A stretch of DNA of 64,000 nt from Eledone cirrhosa (GCA_964016885.1 OZ024758.1:5084001-5148000); one strand, 5' to 3'. Positions 40,401-54,989 are shown, counted from the stretch's first letter. Translations and numbers: made by a program. Notes: a model not told the origin generated them from the letters alone.

Positions 40401-41135
40401 TTTATTTTTCAACGTACGAAAGTCGATTGAAAAGATCATAGGCTGACCAAGATACTCTCATGGAATGACCAAATGAGGTTTATTTTTCAACATACGAAGA
40501 TCGTTTGAAAAGACCATAGGCCAACCAAAATACTCTCTTGGAAAGAAATTCTCAAAATTATAAAAAGAACGTCTAAAATTGAAATAATTGAATATAACAA
40601 TGTATTTATTGAAAAGGAAATCAATGCTGCTATTTCTTCCTTCCATGCCCACCCTTCACGGAATCAGCTACATACATCTATAGATAGCCAATATATTTAT
40701 TGATATCTTCCCATTTATTATCAGCAGTGAAAAGGCGGTAGTGGACAACTCGCACCATTCGTCGCGCCAGAAATTTTTGAGGAATACATCCTTGAGGAGG
40801 AATTCCTATGAGGTGGAGTGGTTGGTGCAGCGGATGTCTCTGTCAGTTCTCTGTAGCAATGCTTTCTGAAGAACATGCAAACCTCTTCCTATAAAAAAAA
40901 ATTAAAAAACACTCTTATGTCATCCATAGTCGGGATTTATCCATTCCGCCTACAGCATGGAAAGGGAAATAGATTGTTTCTACTTTTGGCACAAGGCCAG
41001 CAATTATCTCAGTGCATTACTGGTACTTTAGTTTATCGACCCCGTAAGGATGAAAGGCAATGAAAGACTGTAAAGGACCGTAACTCTTTGCTGCAAAGCA
41101 TGGCGTCTGACCCTCTACCGATACTGCCAATCCAC
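37475..41135. mobile_element. Dispersed SINE family 1 copies (37475-37845 x2 +, 38474-38655 +, 38762-38950 +, 39630-39960 x2 -, 40973-41135 -)
   Basis: Family 1 head, central domain and tail sequences. Confidence 0.8.
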
Positions 41136-41839
41136 AAAAGGGAAATATATTGTACTTGTCCTCCTCGTGTGTTGTCATCGTCTTAGTGTGAGATACAGAC
41201 TAGAGAACATTAACAGAAGTAGTGTATTATCTCTATCTCAGGGATTTCCTACTTAATTAATTGGTATTCCATATGCTATGTATTCATTACACAACCAGAA
41301 AAGCTATGGTTTCTGATAGTTTATAACTGAGATCTTAATAGACTTTGTCTTGTATAGATAAATATCTAAAATGATTTATATCAGATGTTTCGCAGCCTTT
41401 CAAAATATCTCTAATCTATAAATAAAGAGAAACACGAAATAAAATGTGTTGAAATTTCAATATCATTTATCTTTATGGCTCTGAGTCATTTGTTAATCCA
41501 TAAAACGATGTTTCTTCAGACATATGCATATAACAAACAAACACATACAGAGACACACACACACACAGACACACACACAGACACAGACACAGACACAGAG
41601 AGAGAGACAGACAGAGAGAGAGAGAGGGGGGGAGTGAGAGGGCGGGAGCACGGAAAATATATTTAAAGGATCTGTTTTTCTTTTTTTCTTCTTTATCCAC
41701 CCAAGTGACATTATTGAAAAAAAATGAGAGGAACAATTTTTTTTAAAAAATGACTTTTATAATGTATATAAATTTCTCTATAACCTCTGTTTTGTATAGA
41801 ACCTCACCCCCTTTTCATATATATATATATATATATATA

Positions 41840-42262
41840 TGAAAAGGGAGTGACTTACGCATGTGCGTTTACTAACTTCTGCGTCACTCGCAAAATTGGT
41901 TACAGAGCAAAATTATCTGTTGATAACGTGATATTTCTAGTTCGATCTTTATGCTGAAAGCTTATAGTTTTAAGCAGACAGTATTATTGATTTAGATGTC
42001 ATAGAAACCCTACATTTGGATTTTACCACCAATTCCATTTGGGTCCAGGTTGGTTTTTATCATTTATTTTGTTTGACCTGTTTAGCTTGATTTGTTTTTT
42101 GACTTAGGTGGTTAACGCCTTCTTAACCACTTTTTCAGTTTGTATGGCGTTTTAACTTATTGTTTAGCTCTAGTATTTTAACTATTGAGCGCTTGCCAGC
42201 ATTTCTACGATTTTGCGTTTCGTTTCGCTTTTTCTACCAGCCGAAATACGATTCTCGCCTAA
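41840..42262 (+). mobile_element. (TA)n-flanked pLTR-like element with degenerate U3-A8 HHR (41916-41978)
   Basis: TCTG-TTGATAA...GAAA-GCTTA..TAAGC-AGA; tail GCTCTAG...ATTGAGCGCT at 42167-42193. Confidence 0.5.
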
Positions 42263-42575
42263 TTATATATAAATATATATATGTGTGTATATATGATAGT
42301 GGTTGTGGGAGAGTAGATTGAAAGAGAGAGAGAAGGAGAATGGGAGAGAGAGGTGGTGGTGTGTGTATATATATATATATATATATATGTGTATGTGTCT
42401 ATGACCAGTGTATATAGATCACACACACACACACATTTATAAGTATACATACATACACACACACATATATATATATGGGCTTCCAGTTTCATTTCACATT
42501 ATATACGTCAGTGTATATTCTAATTATTTAAAAATTACTTTTAAGTAAACATAATTTTTTTTTAATATTTAGAAG

Positions 42576-42609
42576 TGAACCTGACCCAACGGGTCACGGG
42601 TGGTCTAGT
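42576..42609 (+). mobile_element. Helitron 3' terminus
   Basis: GC hairpin TGACCC aac GGGTCA followed by CTAG-T. Confidence 0.6.
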
Positions 42610-43431
42610 ATATTATAGAAATAAAAACAGACAAACCAAAACCAAGTTAAATAGTCACAACTGGGAATCGAACCTGCGCAAGAAACTATATTTAGTAACA
42701 ACCTACATTTATTACATAACATGAAGCTCATGGTTTAATTCTGTCTCTATTTGTGATCTCATTAGAAAAAAACAAATATATACTGATTTCTCGATAGCTC
42801 TTTCGCTATATAACCTTTTTTTTTTTTTTTATTCAAACTATTCATATCTGCTTCCATATCACTGTCTTTTCCATTACTATTATTTCTTTTACTTAGCCAT
42901 TCTTACGATGTTGTCGATGTTTCTGTTATTTTTCTTTCGTTTTACTTCTTTCTGTTATTTATTTTTCATTCCTTCTTTCATTCCTTCATTTGTTGTTTGA
43001 CTTTAATATAGTTTCTCGAATGTTCTCAACAGCAAGTGTTGAAATCTTCCTGTTTCCAGAAACAAAAAACAAACACCTACTCAAGGCTGTTTCCAAAAAA
43101 CAACTTTGTAAGCACAATATGTCAGTATTGTATACTGACACATTAAATCATTTATTTTCATACATACATACTTAGTCATATATACTTACATACATACATA
43201 CACACACACACATGTATACACACATGTATACATACACACATGTATACATACATACATGTATACATACACGCATGTATACATACACGCATGTATTCAAACA
43301 CGTATGTGTACATACACACATATACACATACATATATATATATATATATACAAACACATTTGTTGACAAGTACTGATAACATTAAGTTATTTTAATCATA
43401 CACCCACCCACACATCCCTACACACCCAAGC

Positions 43432-43470
<39 letters not shown>

Positions 43471-44362
43471 CGAGTGTATGTATATATGCATGTACAATGT
43501 AATTTTAATAAATGAATATTCTATTATGTGTACCACTGACTACATTAAGTTTTAAGTAAATTATTCAAATCCAAACCGTATAAATGTTTCATATATTTCC
43601 CTTATTAATTTCTATTCTTTGATATGAGGATTAAACTTTGACAGAAATATGTACAAGTCCTTATATTTACATACAAATCTATTGCATTCTACTTTACTGA
43701 CGAGATAAAACATTAAATATATCTAGTATCAGGGTCAGAGTTACCACTAGGCCAACAAGTCAACTACATTGAGTACAGATCTTCAAGATCCGTATTACTA
43801 AACATTAAACTATCACAATTTTATATAAACATAATGGGTAGAGCGTCGGACAACAGGCTTAGTGACAGAGTTATGGCCTTTTATGTTCTGAGTTCAAATC
43901 CCGCTGAGGTTGACATTGCCTTTCATCCTTACGAGGTCGATAAAATAAAGTACCAGTAATGTACTGGGATAATTGCTAGCCTTGTGCCAAAAGTAGAAAC
44001 AATTATTTACTTTCAACTTAATACAACAACAGCTCAATATGACTCGATATTTAGATGAATTTCATCAACTAAGAGGAAATGTTCAATAAAAGAAAAATGT
44101 ATTTTGTACGGTGGAAGTATACCCGACTGTAACCTGCATATCTACACTTGGATTGTTACTTCATTAGTGTTAGTTCTCTTAAACATATATATATATATAT
44201 ATTATATGTATATATATATATATATGTATGTAGTTTGCTTGAAGCATTATATTTAATATATATCGATGGAAGTATATATATATATATATATATATATCGA
44301 TATGTGTATGTATGTATATATATGGATGGACGTGTATGTATATATATGGATGGACGTGTATG

Positions 44363-44411
<49 letters not shown>

Positions 44412-45144
44412 GGATGGAAGTGTATATATATGGATATGTGTAGAAAAGGAAAACAGAAATAACTAAGCAAACGGCACAGAACAATGAAGAAATATGTGTA
44501 TGTATATATTTGAGTGTGTATGAGTGAAAGAGAGAAAGAAAGTGAGAAAGAGTGGGTGTGTGAGGGAGAGAGAAAGGGTGAGAAAGAGTTGGTATATGAG
44601 AGTGAAAGAGAGAGAGATATATATATGAAAATTGTATACTGTGTCAGTATATACAATACTGATATATAAATGTTACGTACTTTTATTTTCGTAAACAGCG
44701 TTGGTGTAGTGTTTTCTGGGGTTTTTTTGCAAACAATGAAATATCAACACTAGCTCTTGTTACTGAGGAGATATTTGGAACGATGAGAGCTTTCTAGTAA
44801 ACACACTAAACGTAAAAAGTAACAAAAGGAATGGAAGAATGAGATAAGACAGAAGGGTGAAAGATATTGTAAAGGGAAGAAATCGACCAGAGAAAGAATG
44901 ACTATATAGTGTACGAGTGTCGGTTGAACTAAGATACTCTCATGGAATGACCAAATGAGGTTTAGTTTTCAACATAGTCCCAGGAAAGAAACAATTTACT
45001 TATTAATAAGAATGATTGAAATTAATCCATGCAAGATTTCACAGCTCTAGCGTCACTCCTTCATAGGCTGACCAAGATACTCTCATGGAATGACCAAATG
45101 AGGTTTAGTCTTCAACATAGTGCAAACAATGTACTTATATTAAT

Positions 45145-45950
45145 AATTGTTTCTACTTTTGGCACAAGGCCAGCAATAACTCCAGTGTATTACTGCTACT
45201 TTATTTTATCGACTCCGTAAGGATGAAAGGCAAAGTTAACCCTGGCGGGATTTGAACTCGGATCATCAACGTCTATGTTGCAAAGCATGGCATTCGACCC
45301 TCCACCGACACTGCCAATCCACCGTTTTTATATTAATAAAACTTTATTTCACGTTGCTCCGTCTACCTGGAGTTGCGACCGATAGATAGTATTAGCAATT
45401 GGAAAGACCAGCGGAAACATTTTTTCCTCGGTCGATTTGATGAAAGTCGATATATATCGAGGGAGTGTAACACGGAGTTACTGTAGGTTCACCCAGGTGA
45501 GCACTCGATGTTTAGGTTCACGTCAGTAGCGAGGTGTAGAGCTAGACAGCGTAATATAATAATTGTTTCTACGTTAGGCACAAGGCCAGCAATTACCCAG
45601 TGTATTACTGGTACTTTATTTTATCGACCCCGTAAGGATGAAAGGTAAAATTAACCTTGGCGGGATTTGAACTCAGAATGTCAAGGGCACTAACTCCATA
45701 CGTCAAAGCATGGCGTCCGACTCTCTACCAATACTGCCAATCCACCGACCTGAGTATATAATATAATAATTGTTTCTACTTTAGGCACAAGGCCAGCAAT
45801 TATCCAGTTCATTACTGGTACTTTATTTTATCGACCCCGTAAGGATGAAAGGCAAAGTGAACCTCGGCGGGATTTGAACTCAGATCGTAAAGGGACGTAA
45901 CTATGCTGGAAAGCATGGCGTCCGACCCTCTACCGATACTGCCAATCCCG
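45145..45950 (-). mobile_element. Three SINE family 1 copies plus a tail-only PLE-like remnant (45455-45553)
   Basis: SINE consensus on the minus strand; the remnant shares GTTACTGT.GGTTCACC...AGCACTCGATG with 7120-7165. Confidence 0.75.
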
Positions 45951-46007
45951 AGTATATAATATAATAATACAAGGACGAATGGTTACTTCTTCATTATGTT
46001 TATTGGT

Positions 46008-46094
46008 TGGTGGCGCGCGTTTCGCTATTGGTCAGCTCAAGGTTCGATCTGTATCGATCTAGCCCGACTCTGGAATCAAAAGCTCGTCGGACCC
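46008..46094 (-). ncRNA. Degenerate hammerhead related to family D (CCGACGA core, extended stem II)
   Basis: Minus strand GGT-CCGACGA-GCTTTTG[..]CAATAGC-GAAA-CGCGCG-cC-ACC..AATAAA; the stem II insert is homologous to 22690-22750. Confidence 0.5.
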
Positions 46095-46730
46095 CTGTCG
46101 TAGTGATGACAGAATCAATATACATGGCATATAAAAAGTTTAACGTTCATATTTTGTTTAAATACATTTATTATAAATGTATTTAAATTTAACTAAAACA
46201 GTTGTTGCATATAATCAAGATCCTGATGCGCAAAATTTTAAAATTCCAAACAAATCAACTGTCTAAAAGATGTGTTAAAAAGAATATTTATCTTTTAAAA
46301 CAATCTAAAATCTATGCCAAATTTAGATAGGATGATATAGCAGTTTCAATCATAGAACCATTCAAGCTGACTGCAAGAGATTAGTATTGAGAAGAAAAAA
46401 ATGTCTTGGAAAAATCGCAAGATAAACACCTATTACGCCAAGAAATAAAATGAAATACAAGCAGAGATAATATAAGGAAACTGGAATTACATGGAAGGAA
46501 TATATCTCGTAATACATGGAGTGTGCCAGATTTTACGGTAATTCGATCAACCAACTGTTAACATTTGAACAAAGTGAACATGGTTTAAGAAACTGTAGAA
46601 CATAAGGCTTTGTTTAGATATGAGAAAATAAGAGGGGTATATATATATATATATATATATATTATATTATATTGTGTGTGTAGATATATATCTGGGTATA
46701 TACAAGTGTGTGTGTAGATATATATGTGGG

Positions 46731-46770
<40 letters not shown>

Positions 46771-46799
46771 CACGCGCACGCATACGCATGCATGCATAC

Positions 46800-47255
46800 A
46801 TCCACTCTTGAGTGCTACTGGTAACATGTAGCCCAGTACAACCTGTCGCATGGTCGGGTCATCGGCGACTAAATCGGCAACCCCAGCAAGTCTACTTTGG
46901 GAGGAGGGTGATTTTGAACACCCTGCCGGACAAAAAACAAAACCTGACAAAGAGTGGAAGAACTCATAAGAGTCAACGGCCACCCAAAAGTGTGTAAATA
47001 TGTGTATACACATGTACCGCGCGGTTAAACCACTGGGAGTGAAGGACCCCTAGCCTTTGTCAGGGTATTCTTCTAGGAGAAGGCAACTCAGGAAACTGGG
47101 ATAACTCCGATATAAAACCTGCGGCTCAGTAACCGATGATGTTGATCTTTTCTTCTTTTCGGGCTATGGCTACTGTCGCTCAGAGAGTGGGATTGGCTCA
47201 GTGCACAGTCTTTCCTCACTTAAAAAAATATCTTCACGCACAGGCATTGCACGAT
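46800..47255 (+). mobile_element. GC-rich repeat resembling a LINE (RTE-like) 5' UTR
   Basis: Second copy at 24275-24445 (GTGAAGGACCCCTAGCC...CTAGGAGAAGGCAACTC). Confidence 0.45.
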
Positions 47256-47324
47256 AGAATTAATTAATGATTATTAATAATGGTATATCGTGCAATGGGC
47301 ATACTCGATAACGAGAGGGAAGCC

Positions 47325-47401
<77 letters not shown>

Positions 47402-48409
47402 GAAATAGCACGGATAATATATTTAAGGGTCTGTTTTTCAGACCCTGAAAATTGGCAATATGTGGGAAAATTAAGGCTATAATATCGCCCCCCAGGACGT
47501 GACAGGTACTTTAATAATGATATCTTAGTAATTAGGACAGTATGGGGTCTTCAAAAAAGCAACCCCACTCGAGCGAGGGATTTCGGTCCTTTACTTCAGC
47601 TTACTATGTTATCTATAACAAGAGTTTAATAATGATGAAGTTCAGATTTATAATCTGTACCCACAGAAGTTTTTTTTTATTTTTTTTTTATCAGTAATCC
47701 ATGCTCTGAGCTATCATGGTAAATACCTTTTCTCGGCCCCCTTCGAAGAAGATTGCTTCTTATTAGTTCATCTAATCATGCTACATGTAGAATCCTTAGC
47801 AAGGTCCAACTCATCGCAGTTAGCATGCTCTAAGGGTTGCTTTTTAGCATTTAAACCGGCCGTATCTGGCCATAATTCTCCCACCTCTTTCTGTTCAAAC
47901 CGGCTATAACTAGCCACTCATACTGATGTTATGGTATTGTACTCAAAATAAATAAACATCAAAATCTCATAGATTTGATATTATGTAAGGTAAAGCCTTT
48001 ACCACGAAAATACAAGAGAATATATAGAGTAATGTAAATGTTATGTGAAATATTATGTAACGTAAAGCCTTTAGCACGAAAATACAATAGTATATATAGA
48101 GTATATATATAGGGTTAAAGTAGAGATGAAATATTTGAATGTGTTAAAAAGTATTTGGTTTCTTTCTGTTGAAGGGTTTGGGTACGTGTGATTATAAATC
48201 TAAACTTTAATTCCAACTTTTACGAAAGACTCTCTTCCATCAATCCCGTTATTACTCCAGACATATCAAATACAGTGACTCATCAATTTCTTTAAGTATT
48301 ACAACAAAACCAACGAATTTTACTGAAAGAAATATTATGCCAGTCTTGTGTGTGTGTGTATATATATATATATATGGGAGGTATATGTATCTGTATGTAT
48401 GTATGTATG

Positions 48410-48450
<41 letters not shown>

Positions 48451-48899
48451 TCTGACAGAATACATACGATCAACTAACAATGTTATGAAATGAATAGTAT
48501 TTCTAAAGTCTTTTTGAATAGATTATTCAAATCAAAATTATATTTTGATCTATTTTATGATGTAGCATGATTTTGAGTTATACGATGTGTTTTAACTCAA
48601 TAAAATCGGAATAAATTATCCGATCTCAATTGATAATGCGTCCATCAAAATGTCACTTTTTCTTTAGTATTTATTAAAAAGTTTACTTTATCTAAGATAA
48701 AGAACATTTCTATGATTTCATAACTCCGGTGACAAGCTATAAACTTACAGTCTGACATTTTCTACATCCAGTCATTGCGATTAATTTGTCGTATTTGACA
48801 AACGTAATGAATTAAATACTGAAATATAGTACTTTATTCCTCATTAGAACTCCCAAAGATATATTGCAAACAAATTTACCATTTATCATTAGAAACTCC

Positions 48900-49200
48900 G
48901 ACCATGTTGCGGCAATATTCGCAACGAAATCATATCGCATTTCAGGAAGTTTTGTATAAATGAGGACATCAGTAAACCATCAAAGATCTTCATTAAATTC
49001 AAAAGAAACTTAGAAGCAGATCCCGAGCAAGATACTTGGATAACTACCAAGAGCTTGGCTGTTCTTCCCTGGGTATCCATCCGGAACAATTGGAGAAAAT
49101 TGCTTCTGACAGAACCCAATGGAAGGCCTGTTTGGGGACTCTGTTCTTCCCCTTCCCACCCATGACCCTCTCAGGAATAAGTGGGTAAGGAAGATAATGA
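48900..49200 (+). mobile_element. Degenerate RTE (Rex3/Expander-like) LINE 3' end
   Basis: RSRSRARYLD..LGIHPEQLEKIASDRTQWKACL..PP* resembles the RTE-1 C-terminus. Confidence 0.6.
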
Positions 49201-50114
49201 TGTATGGTACATTTTAAGTGTCTGGAACTGAATAAGACATCAGACTCCCTTTTCTAAACAAAACTAGCGTCTGTAGTAAGTAGCCTTCTTCTGTTTATCA
49301 TCGATACAAATCAGTTATACAAAAGGTAATTCTGCTAGTCACCAGTTGATGGGCAACCAGAAACAAACCAAATTCCAAGTGGTTACCAACCAAAGAGCCG
49401 AACTCCCACTGTCATCGCCTCCATCTCTCTGTATGGTGAGCAAATTGGGTCACACGTGCTGGCCGCCCCACAATCCCAGCGGACAGAATGGGGAGGCGTT
49501 GCCCCGGAGGATGGTAAAAATTCTGATAAAAATCACAAATAAGATAAATTGTTGATGTTACTAATGTAGAAATAAATCCTATTTCCAATGGCTACAAGCA
49601 TATTTGGAGCTAAATATAGGAAATTGTGGCAAGTTTTATTAGTTTTATTTTTATTTTATTTTTTTATTTATTTTTTTTTATTTTATTTTTTTTTATTTTT
49701 TTTATTTTTTTTTTTTTAATTATTATTATTTTTTTTTTTTCTGATTTTTATTTTTATTCTTTATTGGTTCGAATACTTCTAGGAATTCACATTTTAAACG
49801 AAAATAATTGTTTTTATAACTGGTTTGGTTTGGAGCCTCTAAAGTTATACTATTGATTTTTGTTTTGATTTAAAAAATTTTTTTTTTTATTATTAGCCTG
49901 AAGACAATTTCATGTAAAATAGATGAAGAATCAATTAATCTGAAGCTAAAAGTGCTACTTATTTTATTGACTTGCAAAACTAACCAATGTATATTCGATC
50001 TTGCAAACTTGAATTCAGAATAGTGAATCCTTAAAAGTTATATAACATCTAAAGTTATGTGTCGTTGAACCAACGAGCTCAACCTATATCTATATGATAT
50101 CTCAACTTAATCTA

Positions 50115-50362
50115 TATGGTAGCTCAACCTACCTCTACATGGTAGCTCAACCTACTTCTACATGGTAGCTCAACCTACCTCTACATGGTAGCTCAACCTA
50201 CCTCTACATGGTAGCTCAACCTACCTCTACATGGTAGCTCAACCTACCTCTACATGGTAGCTCAACCTACCTCTACATGGTAGCTCAACCTACCTCTACA
50301 TGGTAGCTCAACCTACCTCTACATGGTAGCTCAACCTACCTCTACATGGTAGCTCAACCTAC
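50115..50362. repeat. 23-bp minisatellite (GGTAGCTCAACCTACCTCTACAT)n
   Basis: About 10.5 near-identical copies with no spacers. Confidence 0.95.
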
Positions 50363-50754
50363 ATTTGTATGATTGTTCAACCTACTAGAAATCGCAGTCA
50401 ATTTTCCCTTAAACCACACCCCGTCGTTGAAACAGTATATGAATGCATTTCATTAAGGTATTGTTGGATATAGTATGACTGATAAACAAATATGAACATT
50501 GTGGCGATCTGCAGTTAAAGAACATCATCATCAACAGTTATCGCTTTCAGACTTGTCAGAAAATCCACATGTTCTCCAAATAACAGATAGTTCGCTAACA
50601 CCATTGTAAACTCCTTCTCTACTAATGATGTAATAGAGCGTGTGTTTCATTGACTTATATTACAACGTCGAATCTTCGCAAATATAAAACCTTCTATAGA
50701 CTGGTATCTAGCATTACAAAGGAGTGAGAAGCCTCTGTATAACATCCTACAGAC

Positions 50755-50940
50755 CAGTGGTCCCCCAAATGGGTTCCATTGAAACTAAGGGTTCCCCAAA
50801 GGAAACTCTGGGGTTACGTGAAAAAAAGGTAAAGGAGTTTATTTATATTACGACCGTATAACAGCATTTAGCTTTGGTGTTCCCCAAAATGTTTCTGAAC
50901 CAAAAAGGGTTCCGCGTTTGAAAATGTTTATGAAACCCTG
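50755..50940. mobile_element. hAT (Charlie-like) MITE, degenerate
   Basis: CAGTGGTCCCCCAA...TGAAACCCTG ends with internal GGGTTCC repeats. Confidence 0.55.
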
Positions 50941-53156
50941 ATATAGTCTGAAACAGATTCCCTTACCACCTCAACTATTCCGCAAAACCCTAAATAGAAT
51001 CTCTGGGTTGAAGCGTCCTCTCCAAATTGCGAGAGTATATTCAATATTCCTGAACCTGGATGTTTCCATAAATATTCCAGAATCTTCTAAGTATGTATGT
51101 GTGTATGGAAGTATGCGTGTATGTTTATCAGCATTAATGTGTGCGTGTATGTAAGTGTGTATATCTGTGCGTGCACGCACATGTGTGTAACTCCATATTA
51201 AATGTGCTGATATAATGCTAATATACATAGAAAGGTCTAGGATGGTAGATTGACCGTAGTATTAATAGAGCTTTGCAATATGGCGTTACCGCCCTCTACG
51301 TTCTGATTTCAAATCCCGCCGCGGTAAGATTTGCCTTTCATCCTTACGGGGTCCGATAAAATAAAGTACCAGTAACACACTGGGATAGATTTAATCGACT
51401 TTCCCTTCTCCCTTCAAATTGCTGGCCTTGCACATAAAGTAGAAATATTTATACATAGAAAGGTTAATAGTTGAATATAATTTAATTTACCATCTAATAA
51501 GTGACCGCCGTTCTAAATGAACCATTTATCAGGAATGAACAACTCCGTTGTTATTAGGACATAGCCATTTGTTGTACAGGATCTTATCACTACAACCAGA
51601 TGTTATTTATTCATTACGAGTTTCTGAAATGTGAAGATTCTTCAGAGATAATTCAATAGTTTTTCTTGTCCGACTCAAAACTTCAAATTTATAACATTGT
51701 GTGTTGACAATTGATTAATTAGCTAAGCCATTAGTATATTTTTGTTACAGATAATTTATTTTATTCATTTATTGATTAACAGTTTTGATTTTTGTTAAAT
51801 AAATCCGTCTCACTCATCGCTAGATCATCAATGTTTGAGAAACAAAAACATCGTTATCTCAGTAATGCTGTCGTTAGCTAGCTCAACAAATGGCAGTTCG
51901 TATTTCTGTACTGCTGAGGAGAAAAGAATCTCAATCAAGTTGTCCTTTTTTTGACAGCTCTACACAGGCTGTAATTGTTGTTGTGATTGATGTTGTTCTT
52001 GTTATTCCCTTCTACAGTGTAAGAATTGAATGAATGAACAAAGCATTTCTTCTCTCAGATTTTCTCATTAACCATTACTGTTTCTTAAACTAACCCTTTA
52101 TGTAATAGGATCACACACACAGCATTCTCCACATGAAATATTATATTTCCATTCAAGTGTAAACCCGAATTAATAATAAACAAGAATAGCAGAAAGTAAT
52201 TCATTTAGAAAGGCCAAAACAAAACTATTTCTGGAATAACAAATATCTTTTCCGCCTTTCTTGCAATCAAATTAAATTGTATTCTAGTTTCCGCAAACGT
52301 TATCATGAAATATATTCTATAATATAGAATCTATATTATAATGATAAAAAAACTATTTATATCTGTTTCAAATATATAACGCCATTCAGGATATATTTCC
52401 ACTATTTGATTTCAACTGAGGAAAAAATGAAATATAATACCTTTCAAACTTTAAGACATTCATTATTTATAACATGTACGTTATGATTAAAAACACAAAT
52501 ATAATACATAAAATACCAACTATTTTAGTTATATAGAATAACATTTCTTTATGATTATAACATTGATTAATTGAAAAGTTTAGATATAAATGGTTTATTT
52601 TGGCGTTTGGAAAAACTCAGAATTATATATTTTTAAAAATCAACAACACCAATAGAGTATATGTATTTAACATTTTTATTTACAAAAGAGATATATAATT
52701 TGGTTCTCATATTGTTAAAAAACCACACATAGACCATAGATACATTGCACGAATCGACAAAAACTAGTATGGTAAGCATTCTATTCAACACAGAGAAATA
52801 CAATTCAAAATGGATATTGGTGAAATTTGAACTCAGAACGTAGATAGATGGTGAATAGAGATGGTGGTTTATTGTTTTATAATTTTACAACATTAGTTTC
52901 CTAAAGTGATGTGATATTGATAAAGAAAACATTTATGTTAACCCAGATATTAAACCTCTTTAAACGGTAAAGCAACCAAGTCATAATATACTGTATATCA
53001 TGAAATATTTCGTCTTTGATCTTAAACTCAATTTTAAAATGAAATGGTATTAAAACTTTCAATTTCTACACTTCAAATGCGCATTCGTATATTCTCTCTC
53101 TCTCTCTCTCTCTCTTTATCTCTCTCTCTCTTTCTCTGTATATTGTATGTATATAT

Positions 53157-53192
53157 ACTAGCAAAATACCCGCAAGCATTGTCCAGGTTAAG
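53157..53192 (-). mobile_element. Helitron-like 3' terminus
   Basis: Reverse complement ends in an imperfect GC hairpin followed by CTAG-T. Confidence 0.4.
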
Positions 53193-53717
53193 TAAATTCA
53201 GCCATATTTGGCTGGCTTTAAAGAACATTATTGGATTTCACTTGAGAAGTTCTTTCATGCAAGAAATTACTTATTTTCCAAGGCGTATATAGCTTTGAGG
53301 CGTCTTAAAGAAATGCATTTAATATTATTAGACGCCGTAATTCATTGCTTGAATGTCATATAATTAATTCATACGTATTGAATAAGAACTCAGGATTAAG
53401 TGGAAGTGAAAAATGTGAGACTTATGTTCATTACGTTACAGATACACGGCCTTATGAATAATATACTTAATTCAATTGTTTAAATTGCATATAAGTAATT
53501 CAGGCGTATTAAATAAGAACACAGAATTATTAGAAGTGAAAAGATTCTAATTAATTTTCAATTGTTATTAAACATGATATTTTATCTTCATTCTTGAAAT
53601 ACGTTAAATTATAAAAGAATGCCAGGATTATGACGTATAATCTATAAATATTTAAGTCTTAGAACTTCTGAAAAATGTAACGACAACACCTAAGGAAACA
53701 ATGTTGTTGGTTATACC

Positions 53718-54300
53718 ATCTCCTCCTCCTTCTTGTGACGCTAAACTCCGCCAGTTGCAGAATGCGCGTCAACATGAGATATTTTTCTCCACAAAGTTCG
53801 ATCACCAGCAGCAGATTTCAAAGAGCAAAGATTAAGTCCAGTCCATAAGTTGACATTATCAAGCCATCCTTTTGGCTGCTGGCCTCTTCCTGGCCAGCCT
53901 TCCTACCAAGAATATATAATACCTTTTGATCACCAATAGCAGAGTTTAAAGAGCAAAGATCAAGTCCAGTCCATAAGTTGACATTGTCAAGCCATCGTTT
54001 TGGCTGCCGGCCTCTGCTTCTCCTTCCAGGCATAACCCACTCACACTACGAGTTGCTCTTTTTATATGGCCGTATAGTTTGAGTACTCTTGACTTGACAT
54101 GATGTAACTGGTTTAAATCAGGTAATGTTTAGCAGCTCAGTGGTACAGATACGGTCGCTGAGCTGTTTGCCAGTCATAAGTCTCATGATGTGGTTCTGTA
54201 ATGTAGAGAGCTTCTGAAGTGACCTTGTCGTCCAATTAACAGTCAAGACCATGTAACACAACTTGTAGGATGGTATGTAAGTATCGAAGATCTTCAAATG
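53718..54300 (-). mobile_element. RTE-type LINE 3' region with a ~120-bp internal duplication
   Basis: MPGRRSRGRQPKRWLDNVNLWTGLDLCSLNSA; (AGG)n tail. Confidence 0.75.
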
Positions 54301-54989
54301 ATAGGAGATTCGTTATACCAGCAGGGACCTAAATATAGTGATATGATGGCCCCCAACTCTTGAGCATCCCACATAAAATTAGCTATCTAGCTCTGGTGTT
54401 CTCATAGCTCACTAGGCGTCGTTGTAAGTGGAAGATATGGTTACAACGACGGAAACATCATTAATTTTTAATAAAAACAAGTTTAAGTTTCAAAGAAACT
54501 GAAGAATTGTAACTTGAAATTGAATTGTAAAATAAATGGTGATTGAAGATATGAAAGTTTTCCAAATATCGACACTAAGTGTCTAATATGATTTACCAAT
54601 ATTTAACCAACGGCAGTTAAGATTAGTTGAAAGTATGAGAGATATAGAATAGGTTTGATAGTAAATGTAAATGGAGGAGATCTGAAGTAAATATATTCAG
54701 CAACCAGTTAAGTAGTGTTGGATGTATCTATATATTGCCAGCCGTTAAACATGGAAAATAACTTTTTATAGACTTTATAAACAATCTATTCTTGTTGAAG
54801 ACATCTTCGGCTTCGTCTAGTGTTTTAATATTTCATTCCCACAACTGCATCAGCTGGAATTGAACCCATACTAACGTGTCTTTACCTACAGGTTTGAAAC
54901 CTTCAAACACGATAATCACTATAGTCTTTTATTTTTCTCATTAAAACATAAAATAGAGTCTAAAATATCCACTCTTTCGGTCGGTATTT

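Noticed and set aside
46002-46032. Two ATTGG (CCAAT) boxes as a promoter
   Set aside because: Better explained as part of the minus-strand HHR/AATAAA element.
50115-50362. 23-bp repeat array as a possible CRISPR
   Set aside because: The repeats are contiguous with no unique spacers, there are no cas genes, and the context is eukaryotic.
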